Shown here piece after piece: positions 32,940 through 42,110 of a DNA stretch of 49,876 bases. The notes below the pieces were generated by a model. It ran no database searches. It was not told the DNA's origin and saw only the letters and a program-made list of their open reading frames with translations. The stretch's first letter is position 1. Each line of letters begins with the position of its first letter. Origin of the DNA: a virus; the IMG/VR virus record IMGVR_UViG_3300010429_000818; one strand, given 5' to 3'. A program made the translations under genes and the position numbers.

Positions 32940-35221
32940 AACACGCACTGAAGTATGCGGCGCTCGGCTGGAAGATATTTCCCTTGGCACCAGGACAGAA
33001 GACGCCCATCACGGCGCATGGAGTAAAGGACGCGACCAGTGACCCGGAGCAGATCCGCCGCTGGTGGACCGACTGGCCGACCGCGAACATCGGCCTGGCT
33101 TGCGGGAGCGAGAGCGGGGTGTACGTGATCGACGTTGATATCTCCGCCTCCGGGGAGATTAACGGGCTAGTTTCTCTTGAGCAATTCCCGGCGCTCCCGG
33201 ACACCGTTCGCCAGGACACGCCGCGCGGCGGGTTTCACGCCTTCTACCAGACGAGCGATCCGCCAGCCAACCGAAACGGCTTCCGGCCCGGCATCGACAT
33301 TCGGGGGACCGGCTATTACGTCGTACTCGCTCCGTCGATCCATCCCAACGGAGGCCGGTATTCCTGGGCCGCCGGCAGCGACCCTTGGGAGCACCCACTG
33401 GCCGAGTATCCTGACTTCATGCGGCCCGTGAAGCGAGCCCCGTGGGTCGCTCCGCCGGCCCCGGCGCAACCCATGCCGCGAGTCCACGATGACGATATCC
33501 TGCGCCGCGCCAGCGCCTATCTGGCAACGTGCGAGCCAGCCATCCAAGGCTGCGCCGGCCACGATAAGCTGCTTCGCGCCGCCGGTTGCATGATCCACGG
33601 CTTCATGCTGAGCGACAGCCAGGCCCGCGATCTGCTGGTGCGGGAGTACAACCCGCGCTGCGTGCCGCCGTGGAACCTGGCGGACCCCAAGGACGAGAAG
33701 GACTTCAACCGCAAAATCAGCGAATCACGGAAGAACCCGCCGCAGAAGTCGCAAGGCTGGCTGCTGTACGAGTCCGGCTATGTCCAGCCCGACAATCCGG
33801 AAATGTCACGAGAGCATATCAACAAGATCGTCGCGTACATGCAAGCGAAGCAGGCGGGCCGGGCGGCCGGGCCGCGTCCCGAGCCGACGCCGCCGCAGCC
33901 CGAGCCGGTCGAGCGCGACGGGGAGCTTGAATTTCTGTGCAAGCCGACCGGGCTGGCCGGGGAAATCTGCTCGTGGATGAATGCGACGGCGATCCGGCAG
34001 CAACCGTTCTTATCCTTGGCCTGCGCACTGACATTCATGGGCGCGCTGTTCGGCCGCAAGATCGAAGACGAGCTGGGCGGAAGAACGAACCTGTATTGCA
34101 TGGGGGTCGGTCCATCTTCATCTGGCAAGACGGGAGCCATCAGGCAGATCCGCAAGTTATGCGCTGCGGCCGAATGCACGAAGCTACTTGGCGGAGACGG
34201 TATCACCTCCGATTCAGCAATCGAAGATCGCGTGTCTCGCGAGGCGTCTACGCTATTCCTGTGGGACGAGATCGGCCTACTGCTATCGTCGGTCAAGTCC
34301 GGAACCTCTTGCCAGTCTCAAGTCATCTCGTGCTTGATGAAACTGTACTCGGCCGCTGGCGACGTGTACAAGGGCCGCGAGTACGCCGACGCGGAGAAGC
34401 AGCGCACAATCACTCAGCCGTGCTGCTGTATCTACGGCACGTCCACACCCGAACGATTCACTGACGGAATATCGCAAGCCGAGCTACAGGACGGGTGGAT
34501 TGGCCGCTGCCTCGTGTTCTGCTCAGACTCGATACCAGAGAAGACTCGCGTTCGCAATGCTCCGCCTCCGCCTGACTCTGTTATCGAGAAGGTGCGCGCC
34601 TGGTTTGAGCGCGGAAAGACGCAGCCTCCGGCCGGAACGCGGATCGACTCCATCGTGTCATGGAATGGCGAGGAATACGAATCCGCTCCGCCAAAACCGA
34701 TGGTTGTTCCAACGTCGCCAGAAGCCGAGCGTATCTTCGTTGACTTTGACGCCGAGACAGCGCGATACGGACGAGAGTTTTCGGCCCTTGCTTGCTTGTG
34801 GGCCAAGGGCGAGGAGAACGCGCGTCGCATCGCTCTTATCATTGCTGCCGGCGATAACTTCGACAGCCCGATCATCAGCGCCGCGAACGCGGATTACGCC
34901 TGCCGGCTGATTAAGTATCTGCTGAATCACTTCGGAACCAACGTAGTGCCTGAGATCGTGACGTGCGAGACCGACGCAAAGAAGCGCCGAGTTATCTCCG
35001 TAATCAGGGACGCCGGGATCAATGGGATTCCGAAGTGGCTGCTCACGCGCAAGACGCAATGGGCTAAGGGGCCTGAGCGGGGGCACATGATCTCCGATCT
35101 GGCGGAGGCTGGGGAGATCGCATCCGCGCCGCATGGTGACGGGATCTCGTTCTGGACTGCGGAGAACTACCAGAAATTCATGGCGAAGAAGAAGGAAGGC
35201 GAACAGTGCAAGAGTCAGTAA
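32933..35221 (+). CDS. Bifunctional primase-polymerase (PrimPol) fused to a P-loop (DUF3987/D5-like) helicase domain
   Basis: 762 aa from ATG 32933 (ATGCTAG overlap). PrimPol motifs YVIDVD and PRGGFHAFY. Walker A GVGPSSSGKT and Walker B LFLWDE. Confidence 0.75.
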   Translation: MLEHALKYAALGWKIFPLAPGQKTPITAHGVKDATSDPEQIRRWWTDWPTANIGLACGSESGVYVIDVDISASGEINGLVSLEQFPALPDTVRQDTPRGGFHAFYQTSDPPANRNGFRPGIDIRGTGYYVVLAPSIHPNGGRYSWAAGSDPWEHPLAEYPDFMRPVKRAPWVAPPAPAQPMPRVHDDDILRRASAYLATCEPAIQGCAGHDKLLRAAGCMIHGFMLSDSQARDLLVREYNPRCVPPWNLADPKDEKDFNRKISESRKNPPQKSQGWLLYESGYVQPDNPEMSREHINKIVAYMQAKQAGRAAGPRPEPTPPQPEPVERDGELEFLCKPTGLAGEICSWMNATAIRQQPFLSLACALTFMGALFGRKIEDELGGRTNLYCMGVGPSSSGKTGAIRQIRKLCAAAECTKLLGGDGITSDSAIEDRVSREASTLFLWDEIGLLLSSVKSGTSCQSQVISCLMKLYSAAGDVYKGREYADAEKQRTITQPCCCIYGTSTPERFTDGISQAELQDGWIGRCLVFCSDSIPEKTRVRNAPPPPDSVIEKVRAWFERGKTQPPAGTRIDSIVSWNGEEYESAPPKPMVVPTSPEAERIFVDFDAETARYGREFSALACLWAKGEENARRIALIIAAGDNFDSPIISAANADYACRLIKYLLNHFGTNVVPEIVTCETDAKKRRVISVIRDAGINGIPKWLLTRKTQWAKGPERGHMISDLAEAGEIASAPHGDGISFWTAENYQKFMAKKKEGEQCKSQ

Positions 35222-35589
35222 CCATCATACTCCCGCTGCCGGCCAAGGTGCTTCAGCCGAACTGCACGGTCGCCACTATCGGCGGGCGGTTCGCTAAGGC
35301 CAGCGCCACGAAGCGTTATCGTCGGCTGGCATGTGATGCAGTGGAAGCTGAGGGTATCGAGTCGATGCCCTGGCAGAAGGTGCTCGTGAAGGCAGACTTC
35401 TTCTATGCAACAAACCGACGCCGTGACCAAGACAACGCGATGGGCTCGCTCAAGGCCGCCTACGACGGACTCAGGGATGCCGGGCTGGTAGTTGACGACG
35501 ATTACGAGCACATGAAACGTGAGTCACCGACATTCTCCATCGACAAACAACACCCAAGAGTAGTGCTTACTATCACGAGGATTGAATGA
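35206..35589 (+). CDS. rusA: RusA-family Holliday junction resolvase
   Basis: 127 aa. RRRDQDNAMGSLKAAYDGLRDAGLVVDDD matches the RusA catalytic Asp motif pattern. Confidence 0.7.
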   Translation: MQESVTIILPLPAKVLQPNCTVATIGGRFAKASATKRYRRLACDAVEAEGIESMPWQKVLVKADFFYATNRRRDQDNAMGSLKAAYDGLRDAGLVVDDDYEHMKRESPTFSIDKQHPRVVLTITRIE

Positions 35590-36110
35590 TTCCGCACTCA
35601 GTAGAAGAACGAATTAAGAGACTCCTGAAGGAAGGCGTCAGCTACAAAAAGATAGCTGCGACTGAGGGCGTATCACGCGCAACCGCGAAACGTATCGCGC
35701 GTGTATGCGACATTGCAGCCAGGGTTGACGAGAAAGCTAATCGCGAGATACGCGGCCTGCTCCTTGCGAAGTGGCCCGTTGGTGCCATCGAGGCCAGGAC
35801 GAGGGTGCCGAAAAGCGTCATCTCAGCGATTCGTAGGACGATGTACCTGCGACACGGAACCAGTAAGCCAGTAGTGACCGAGGGCGACCCAAGGAAGTGC
35901 CCCACCTGCAAGGCGATCATCTTCATGGATCGCAGCCAGGAAGCCGGCAGGACGTGGAATCTATCGTCCGCAACAAGCGACAGATGCAGGGAATTCCATG
36001 CGCTGCTGTGCGATGTAGTGTCACTGAATGATCTCAAGGTCGTAACTAACCCGCTGTTTTATCACCTAGCAACCCGAATCGAGAAGGCACTGGAGGAAGC
36101 GAATGGCTAA
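35586..36110 (+). CDS. HTH-domain protein, possible regulator
   Basis: The N-terminal KEGVSYKKIAATEGVSRATAKRIARV is a resolvase/sigma-4-type HTH. It also has a CPTC pair. ATGA overlap. Confidence 0.4.
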   Translation: MIPHSVEERIKRLLKEGVSYKKIAATEGVSRATAKRIARVCDIAARVDEKANREIRGLLLAKWPVGAIEARTRVPKSVISAIRRTMYLRHGTSKPVVTEGDPRKCPTCKAIIFMDRSQEAGRTWNLSSATSDRCREFHALLCDVVSLNDLKVVTNPLFYHLATRIEKALEEANG

Positions 36111-36351
36111 GGCGCGAATGACCGTTGACCAACTCCTGCAAGCAGCCGTACCTGAGCGGCCGAAGCGCAATTGGTTCTTCCAGCTCTCGGAGAAGGATCA
36201 GCAGTACATACGATCCGTCGCCGAGGCAATGCGCACGACGCCAGATGCAGCGCCGTGGGTTGTCGCTCGGCTTCTGAAGGACCAACTCGGCATCAATCGT
36301 ACTTGTGTCGCTATCGTACGCACCCTCAAGGAGCTGATCGCTAATGGTTAG
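36103..36351 (+). CDS. Hypothetical protein (82 aa)
   Basis: An overlapping, coupled ORF with no recognisable motif. Confidence 0.4.
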   Translation: MAKARMTVDQLLQAAVPERPKRNWFFQLSEKDQQYIRSVAEAMRTTPDAAPWVVARLLKDQLGINRTCVAIVRTLKELIANG

Positions 36352-37402
36352 AAAGAACCCGAAGGAACTCATTGACGCCGCCCGTTCCGAGACCGCTGGC
36401 ATCGAACTGACGAAGGCCCGCGACGAGGTCGCCCGCTGGCGCAGGAAGTACGAAGAGGCCATCGACTCGGCGATCTCTCTGGAGCGGAGGGTCGAGGCGC
36501 TAGTCTCCATCGGCGGAGCGCCGAGCATCCAGAGATTCGAGCGGGCCAAGGTGAAGAAGTCCAAGGGAGTCGCGGCCGTTGTTCCGGCCACGGACTGGCA
36601 CGTTGAGGAGCGGATCTCGGCCGAGGCTGTCAATGGCAAGAACCATTTCGACCTGGCCGAGGCCGAGGCCCGCATCAAGCGGTTCTACGCCAAGGTGCTT
36701 GAGCTGATCGACTGGCAGGGCTCGCTCGCTCCGGTTGTTGAGCTGTGGCACCCGCTACTGGGCGATCTGCTGTCGGGCTACATCCACGAAGAGTTGATGG
36801 AGACCAACTCACTGAGCCCGACTGAGGCGTGTGTGTTCCTCCAGGAAATGATCTGTTCGGGGATCGACCTATGGCAGCGCGAGACGAAGCTGCCGATCTT
36901 CGTGCCTACGTGCGTCGGCAATCACGGGCGCACCACGGTCAAGAAGCGGATCAAGACCTCGTGTAAGAATAGCTACGAGTGGCTGCTGTACAAGACACTG
37001 GCGAAGTATTACGCCAGCTCGACCCGGGTGTACTGGCAAGTCGGCCAGGGCTACCACAACACCCAGACTATCATGGGCCGCCGTGTCCGCTTCCACCACG
37101 GTGACGGACTGCGGTACATGGGCGGGGTCGGCGGGATCACGATTCCCGTCAACAAGTCCGTCGCTCAGTGGGACAAGGTTGACCCGGTGGATTTCGACGT
37201 GTTCGGCCACTGGCATACGTTCCTGGCCCACTATCCCAAGTGGGTCTCGTGCGGGTCGCTGATGGGCTACTCGGAATACTCGGTCGAGATCAAGGCCGAA
37301 TTCCAACATCCGACCCAGACGTTCATCGTGATTGACCGGCAGTACGGCCTGACCCAAGCGACCCCCATCTTCCTGACCAAACCCAAGAGAAAGGGCAACT
37401 GA
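36344..37402 (+). CDS. Calcineurin-like metallophosphoesterase
   Basis: All five motifs occur in order: DWH, GDLLSG, GNHG, HHGD, GHWH. There is an N-terminal coiled coil. Confidence 0.65.
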   Translation: MVRKNPKELIDAARSETAGIELTKARDEVARWRRKYEEAIDSAISLERRVEALVSIGGAPSIQRFERAKVKKSKGVAAVVPATDWHVEERISAEAVNGKNHFDLAEAEARIKRFYAKVLELIDWQGSLAPVVELWHPLLGDLLSGYIHEELMETNSLSPTEACVFLQEMICSGIDLWQRETKLPIFVPTCVGNHGRTTVKKRIKTSCKNSYEWLLYKTLAKYYASSTRVYWQVGQGYHNTQTIMGRRVRFHHGDGLRYMGGVGGITIPVNKSVAQWDKVDPVDFDVFGHWHTFLAHYPKWVSCGSLMGYSEYSVEIKAEFQHPTQTFIVIDRQYGLTQATPIFLTKPKRKGN

Positions 37403-37842
37403 TGAGTAGCATCACACTGAAGGACTCCGGAACGCGATCTGAGTTTAGCACCGGCGCGGTGCGTGACGGCCAGGAAGGCAAGGGGCGCATGGATCTCCTG
37501 CCGGTGCGGGCGATCCTCGCTGTCGCCAAAGTCTACGAGGCCGGCGCGAAGAAGTACGCCGCTCGCAACTGGGAGAAGGGCATCCCGCTCTCCCGCTACA
37601 TGGACTCCGGCCTGCGCCATGCCATGAAGTGGCTGCGCGGCGACCGCGACGAGCCGCACCTGGCTCAGGCGTGTTGGAATTTCCTCTGCCTGCTCGACAC
37701 GGCCGAGCGGATTGACGAGGGGCTTCTGCCGGCCAGCCTGAACGATCTGCCGCCGGGGCTGACGCATCCGATTGGAGAGGAACTTTCGCCAGCCAAGAGA
37801 ACTCCACTCTCGCCCCCGCCGGTACAGGGAGAAGATTACTGA
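37402..37842 (+). CDS. dATP/dGTP diphosphohydrolase-like (DUF5664 / MazG-related all-alpha NTP pyrophosphatase)
   Basis: GKGRMDLLPVRAILAVAKVYEAGAKKYAARNWEKGIPLSRYMDSGLRHAMKWLRGDRDEPHLAQACWNFLCLL matches the family signature as I recall it. Confidence 0.55.
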   Translation: MSSITLKDSGTRSEFSTGAVRDGQEGKGRMDLLPVRAILAVAKVYEAGAKKYAARNWEKGIPLSRYMDSGLRHAMKWLRGDRDEPHLAQACWNFLCLLDTAERIDEGLLPASLNDLPPGLTHPIGEELSPAKRTPLSPPPVQGEDY

Positions 37843-38438
37843 TGTGCATAAACAGAGTCTTCCTTGATCTCGACGACGTTCTGAATACATTCGCTCCGCA
37901 CGCGCTGCGGAGCGTGGGGTGCCCGATCGGGTCGAGCGACTACAGCTCGTACCCGATCGAAGCTGGGTGGAACATATCGCAAGCGGCCGGTATGCTGCAC
38001 CCTACCGATGTGTTCCATCCGTCCGCGTTCTGGGCGGAAATGAAGCGGGAAGTCTGGGCAACCATTCCGAAGTCGCCCCAGTTCTGGCCGCTGATCCGCC
38101 TCGCTCGTGATGCAGTCGGACCCGAGAATGTATTCATCCTCACGACGGCAACGCTGAGTCCGGACTGTCTGGCTGGCAAGCTCGAATGGATTCGCGAGCA
38201 TTGTCCGGAATACTTCCGCCGCCAGTTCTACATGGGCGGGCCGTACAAGCGCCTTCTCGCCGGCCCAGGTGCGCTGCTCGTTGATGACAACGAGGACAAC
38301 TGCCGGGAGTTTTGCGAACACGGAGGCAGCGCGATTCTGTTTCCTCGGCCGTGGAACATTCTGCGGCACGTCAAGGAAGGCGATATCGAAGAGTACCTGA
38401 GAAGCTGCTTCGAGCTAGAGACGATGGAGGAAGCATGA
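37842..38438 (+). CDS. HAD-superfamily 5'(3')-deoxyribonucleotidase (NT5C-like)
   Basis: HAD motif I FLDLDDVL, motif IV LVDDNEDN, and a C-terminal ILFPRPWN as in NT5C-family proteins. Confidence 0.55.
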   Translation: MCINRVFLDLDDVLNTFAPHALRSVGCPIGSSDYSSYPIEAGWNISQAAGMLHPTDVFHPSAFWAEMKREVWATIPKSPQFWPLIRLARDAVGPENVFILTTATLSPDCLAGKLEWIREHCPEYFRRQFYMGGPYKRLLAGPGALLVDDNEDNCREFCEHGGSAILFPRPWNILRHVKEGDIEEYLRSCFELETMEEA

Positions 38439-38746
38439 ATACAAAGGACTGGCGTGCGCTGATTCGCAATCTGCGCCGATGCTTTCCGACCCAGGGGGCC
38501 GTGCGAGTCCTTCGCCGGCCCCGGGTGCGGCACAGCGGCATGACGATCGGCCTGGCTAGCGGAGACTTCCGGATCTACGTCGATAGCCTCGGCGACCCGC
38601 AGAGCCAGGTCGATACACTATTGCACGAGTGGGCTCACGTCCTGGCGATCGAAGAAGCATACGAGCACCGTGGTAGGTGGTCGGCCTTCCACGGGGAAAT
38701 CTACGACGCTTGGGCGCGGGACTTCAACACAGGAGAGACTGAGTGA
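38435..38746 (+). CDS. Small HExxH-motif protein (putative zincin-like)
   Basis: 103 aa from ATG 38435 (ATGA overlap). Motif LLHEWAHVL. Confidence 0.45.
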   Translation: MNTKDWRALIRNLRRCFPTQGAVRVLRRPRVRHSGMTIGLASGDFRIYVDSLGDPQSQVDTLLHEWAHVLAIEEAYEHRGRWSAFHGEIYDAWARDFNTGETE

Positions 38747-39459
38747 AGCACACCTTGATTCACGGGGACTGCCTTAATAGCTTGCGGGTGGGCATGTATG
38801 ATACGATCTTTGCCGACCCTCCGGACAATATCGGATTGAAGTACGATAGCTACAAGGACAAGGCCCCGGAAGGCGATTACATCGACTGGCTGTATCGGTG
38901 CATCAGCCTGTTCGTCATTCACGCAAGGTCGGTGTGGGTGAGCTACAACTCCAGGTGGTCGTTTGCTGTGGGCTGGAAGGTTTACGAGCTGCTGCGCGAA
39001 TACCCGCTGCTTGAGGCGAAGCATTGCGTGCAGACCTTCACCTTCGGCCAACACAACCACCGCGACCTCGGCAATAATCATCGGCCACTGCTGCGCCTCC
39101 GTTGGAAGAACGCGCCGCTATTCCCGGACTCGGTTCGTGTGGCATCGTGGCGAATGCTGAACGGCGACAAGCGAGCCAATCCGATAGGCCGCGTGCCCGG
39201 TGACGTGTTCGACTTCCCCCGCGTCACGGGCAACTCCAAGCAGCGTCGGGCCTGGCACCCGACTCAACTGAACGAGGGCCTTGTCGAGAGGTGCCTGAAG
39301 CTGACGACACCGCCCGGCGGCACGGTGCTTGATCCGTTCGGCGGCACGGGAACAACGCTCCGCGTGTGCGAGCGCCTTGGGTTCGGCTGCACGCTGATCG
39401 AACTCGACCGGAAGTATTGCGACAAGATCGCAGAAGAGCACAGCCTTGCCGTGCAGTGA
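38743..39459 (+). CDS. DNA methyltransferase (beta-class N6A/N4C type, PF01555-like)
   Basis: Motif IV-like FADPPDN lies near the N-terminus and AdoMet motif I DPFGGTGTT near the C-terminus. This is the beta-class order. Confidence 0.7.
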   Translation: MKHTLIHGDCLNSLRVGMYDTIFADPPDNIGLKYDSYKDKAPEGDYIDWLYRCISLFVIHARSVWVSYNSRWSFAVGWKVYELLREYPLLEAKHCVQTFTFGQHNHRDLGNNHRPLLRLRWKNAPLFPDSVRVASWRMLNGDKRANPIGRVPGDVFDFPRVTGNSKQRRAWHPTQLNEGLVERCLKLTTPPGGTVLDPFGGTGTTLRVCERLGFGCTLIELDRKYCDKIAEEHSLAVQ

Positions 39460-39472
39460 TGCCGCGAGCGCA

Positions 39473-39504
39473 TGAAAAAGGCCCGCCAGTGCGGGCCTTT
39501 TTCA
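39473..39504. terminator. Bidirectional intrinsic terminator between convergent operons
   Basis: TGAAAAAGGCCCGC-cagt-GCGGGCCTTTTTCA is a 14-bp stem flanked by A5/T5. It lies between the MTase stop (39459) and the recombinase stop (39505). Confidence 0.85.
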
Positions 39505-40176
39505 TTAGGCAGCAAGCGGGTCTCGTGCGAGCATTCTCCGCACGGTGCGTTCGTTCCACGGCTTACCGCGACATAGGCCGATCGTCTGAGTCAGTAGATC
39601 GGCGATTACCTCCGAATTCCACCCGTGATCCCGCAGCTCCCGTGCCTTGCGAATCGCAAGCTGTTCTCCGGGGTGCTCGACCAGCCGCTTCCCTTCCACT
39701 CGATACCCGACCGGCACTTTGCCGTGCCACTCGCCCCGCGCCTTCTTCTTCGCGAGCCCTGCCTTCGTTCGTCGGGCGAACCTGGACCGCTCATAAGCAG
39801 CGAAGGCGGACATGATGTTCTGGAACAGCTCGCCCTCGGGCGTCGAATACCCTGGCGATCCGTCCGCGAACTCCAGTGTCGCCCCGGTGCGCTCGACCTC
39901 GAATCTGATCGTCAGCGCCACGAGCATGTCGCGTGCCATTCGATCATTCACGTCAACGAGCAGTACCATCCCAGGCTTCAATGAGGACAGCGCGTCCTGA
40001 AGTCCGGGTCGATCGAAGACGCGGCCGGTCACCGCCTTGTCGGAGTATACAGCCACGATCTCGTAGCCGTGACGATCGCAATACACGCGACAACGCTCCT
40101 CTTGCTTCTCGCACGAGTCGCATTCCTGGGCGTTGGGGCGTGGGCTGAAACGGGTGTAGATCACTGCTTGCTTCAT
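39505..40176 (-). CDS. Small serine recombinase (resolvase/invertase family)
   Basis: The N-terminal AVIYTRFSPRPN carries the catalytic Ser context. Central GELFQNIMSAFAAYERSRFARRTKAGL is the typical E-helix. GAGAGAGG RBS. Confidence 0.75.
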   Translation of the reverse strand: MKQAVIYTRFSPRPNAQECDSCEKQEERCRVYCDRHGYEIVAVYSDKAVTGRVFDRPGLQDALSSLKPGMVLLVDVNDRMARDMLVALTIRFEVERTGATLEFADGSPGYSTPEGELFQNIMSAFAAYERSRFARRTKAGLAKKKARGEWHGKVPVGYRVEGKRLVEHPGEQLAIRKARELRDHGWNSEVIADLLTQTIGLCRGKPWNERTVRRMLARDPLAA

Positions 40177-40200
40177 CGGTGCCTCTCTCTGATGCTCGGT

Positions 40201-40545
40201 CTAATGTTGCTTCTTCCTCTTAACTGGCTTGGCGTCTCGCGCAGATTCGTCCTTCTTCTCTTCGTCAGCGATACAGAACGCCGGTAGTATCGGGGATTTC
40301 GGCGGAAGTGCCGACTCTTCATCGTGGTTAGTTGCTTCAAGGATCATCTTCACGTCGCAGCCGATAACATCAGCTACGGCTGCAATTGAGGCGATCTTCG
40401 TGTTCGCGTCATCGCCTAACAGTCGCACAACGGTTCCTTCGGACAGGCCAGTCCTTCGTGCAATCTCTCTCTGCGTAAGCCAACTCTCAAGAACTCTGTG
40501 TCGCAATTCGTTGCGTACGCGCGGGTGCAAGACGTATCGCTTCAT
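40201..40545 (-). CDS. XRE-family HTH protein (repressor candidate)
   Basis: LTQREIARRTGLSEGTVVRLL is the HTH. The ATG at 40545 is preferred over the TTG at 40581. Confidence 0.6.
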   Translation of the reverse strand: MKRYVLHPRVRNELRHRVLESWLTQREIARRTGLSEGTVVRLLGDDANTKIASIAAVADVIGCDVKMILEATNHDEESALPPKSPILPAFCIADEEKKDESARDAKPVKRKKQH

Positions 40546-40623
40546 AATTGCTTCTTTCTGGTAAAAACTCTCTTTAATCAAACGAAGACGCTAACTCCAT
40601 GATATCTGGAACCGGCGATTAAA

Positions 40624-41802
40624 TCAAGAGTCTTCTCCGTACAACCACTTCCTGGCCACGTCCGACACTGCCTTCAATCTCTGAAGCTCATTGATGTTGA
40701 ACTGAACATAATGCTTCCTGCGAATGCCTTTTCTGGCGTGTCCCATCGTCAGGTCTACCATCGCTTGGTCAGGAACAGAATCAACAATGGTCGCGTAGGT
40801 ATGGCGGAGGGAGCCTAAACCTGCGCCGGCAGGCCGCTTCTCGGAATCTCCAACCAATCTGTCGAACCGACCATACATCGCCTGCGCCCCTCTTGGTCCG
40901 TACGGCTTTCCGCCAGTCAGCAGCAATCTCCTCTCTTTTTCGCTAGCCGGCTTCCTGTAGTTGTCTCGGTAGTCAACGATCGCCTCAACGGTCTCTGGCC
41001 ACAAGACGGCCATGCGAGGCCGCTTTGTCTTAACCCTGCGGAAATCGTGGTATGGAATATCACTATCTAAGTGTAGGTTGCCCAACGTGATTTCTACCGT
41101 ATCTCCCTGGTAAAAACCGCAGTTGATCCCCAGTAGAACCGCTACCTTCAGCGCAGGCTTTGCAGCCCCCAGAATCGACAAGATCAGCTCCCTGTCAAGG
41201 AACCGACCCCTGCCGGACTGCTCCTGTTCGGCCTCGATCAGCTCCAGCTTCGCTGGCCGGAAGCGGCCGTAGTTTGGTTTCGGGGTTCCCGCTACATCAG
41301 CGCCCCAGGAGAACACTGCCTTGATATCGGCTATTCTCGTGGCCTGCGATCTGAGCGACAGCTTGGAATCTACCAGCACTTCTTTAATCTTCTCAAAGTG
41401 GCCGGGGGCAAGTAACCTGACCGGCATACCGAATAGGCCAGCGGCCTTGAAGATTGCCGGAAGCGGGCGATAGTGGGTCCGCGTCCACATTGACAGCTCA
41501 CCCGCCTCGATTCGCTTGTCAACATCCTTGAGGTGAGCAGTCAGCAGCTCGCCGACCGTCATGCCCTCGGCGCAGGTGGGAGGTTCGACACCAGCCAGTA
41601 GGTAATCTTTCTCGGTAAGCCAGAGCTTCAGCGCACGGTCGGGGTCGCCCAGAGCGCCGAAGTAGCGGACCTTCCCCTTAATCCTCCGTGACCATTGGCC
41701 GGCGGGGTGAACAGTCAGCGGGAAGTCCGGTCGATTGCGCTTCCACTCGCGGAACTCCTCCACGAGGGTCTGTCTGGTTTTGTGCATACGTCGCTCGCTC
41801 AC
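40624..41802 (-). CDS. int: Tyrosine integrase
   Basis: C-terminal catalytic signature LRHTYATIV ... GHARKGIRRKHYV (R, HxxR, Y). The start is GTG 41802 or ATG 41787. Confidence 0.8.
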   Translation of the reverse strand: MSERRMHKTRQTLVEEFREWKRNRPDFPLTVHPAGQWSRRIKGKVRYFGALGDPDRALKLWLTEKDYLLAGVEPPTCAEGMTVGELLTAHLKDVDKRIEAGELSMWTRTHYRPLPAIFKAAGLFGMPVRLLAPGHFEKIKEVLVDSKLSLRSQATRIADIKAVFSWGADVAGTPKPNYGRFRPAKLELIEAEQEQSGRGRFLDRELILSILGAAKPALKVAVLLGINCGFYQGDTVEITLGNLHLDSDIPYHDFRRVKTKRPRMAVLWPETVEAIVDYRDNYRKPASEKERRLLLTGGKPYGPRGAQAMYGRFDRLVGDSEKRPAGAGLGSLRHTYATIVDSVPDQAMVDLTMGHARKGIRRKHYVQFNINELQRLKAVSDVARKWLYGEDS

Positions 41803-42110
41803 TCAAGTGTAGTTTACCCAAGTTGCCTACACTCTAGGGTAATTCCCGAGGCGCGAGCGTACAAGTGAGCGTAGCCGGGAAAAGCGTACTTTCCGTGATA
41901 TTTCGTAAACTATTTCCTGCACAATTGTTACTAAGCGACAATCCAGAACGTCTGCATCTCAGTAATAGATAGAAATTACGTTCCGTAATCCTTCGCAAAT
42001 CGTTTTGAATTAGGGACTTACGAAGACGGTCGGCAACCAGAAATCGGTCGATAGAGACCGATAGAATTTGAGGGAAAGCGTATGTACACTGCCACCCATT
42101 AGCGTGATTT
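41803..42110. other. AT-rich non-coding region next to int: attP / regulatory candidate
   Basis: No ORF. AGCGTA occurs four times (41856, 41868, 41883, 42077) plus AGCGTG at 42101, all in the same orientation. Inverted repeats AGTGTAG/CTACACT (41806-41833) and TTACG-ttc-CGTAA. Confidence 0.4.

Noticed and set aside
36344-37402. Calling the metallophosphoesterase an Mre11/SbcD nuclease
   Set aside because: There is no Rad50/SbcC-like ATPase partner gene nearby. The motifs only support the general calcineurin-like superfamily.
40546-40581. TTG start at 40581 for the XRE-type ORF (126 aa)
   Set aside because: TTG is a rare start codon. The in-frame ATG at 40545 retains the whole HTH. The choice remains uncertain.
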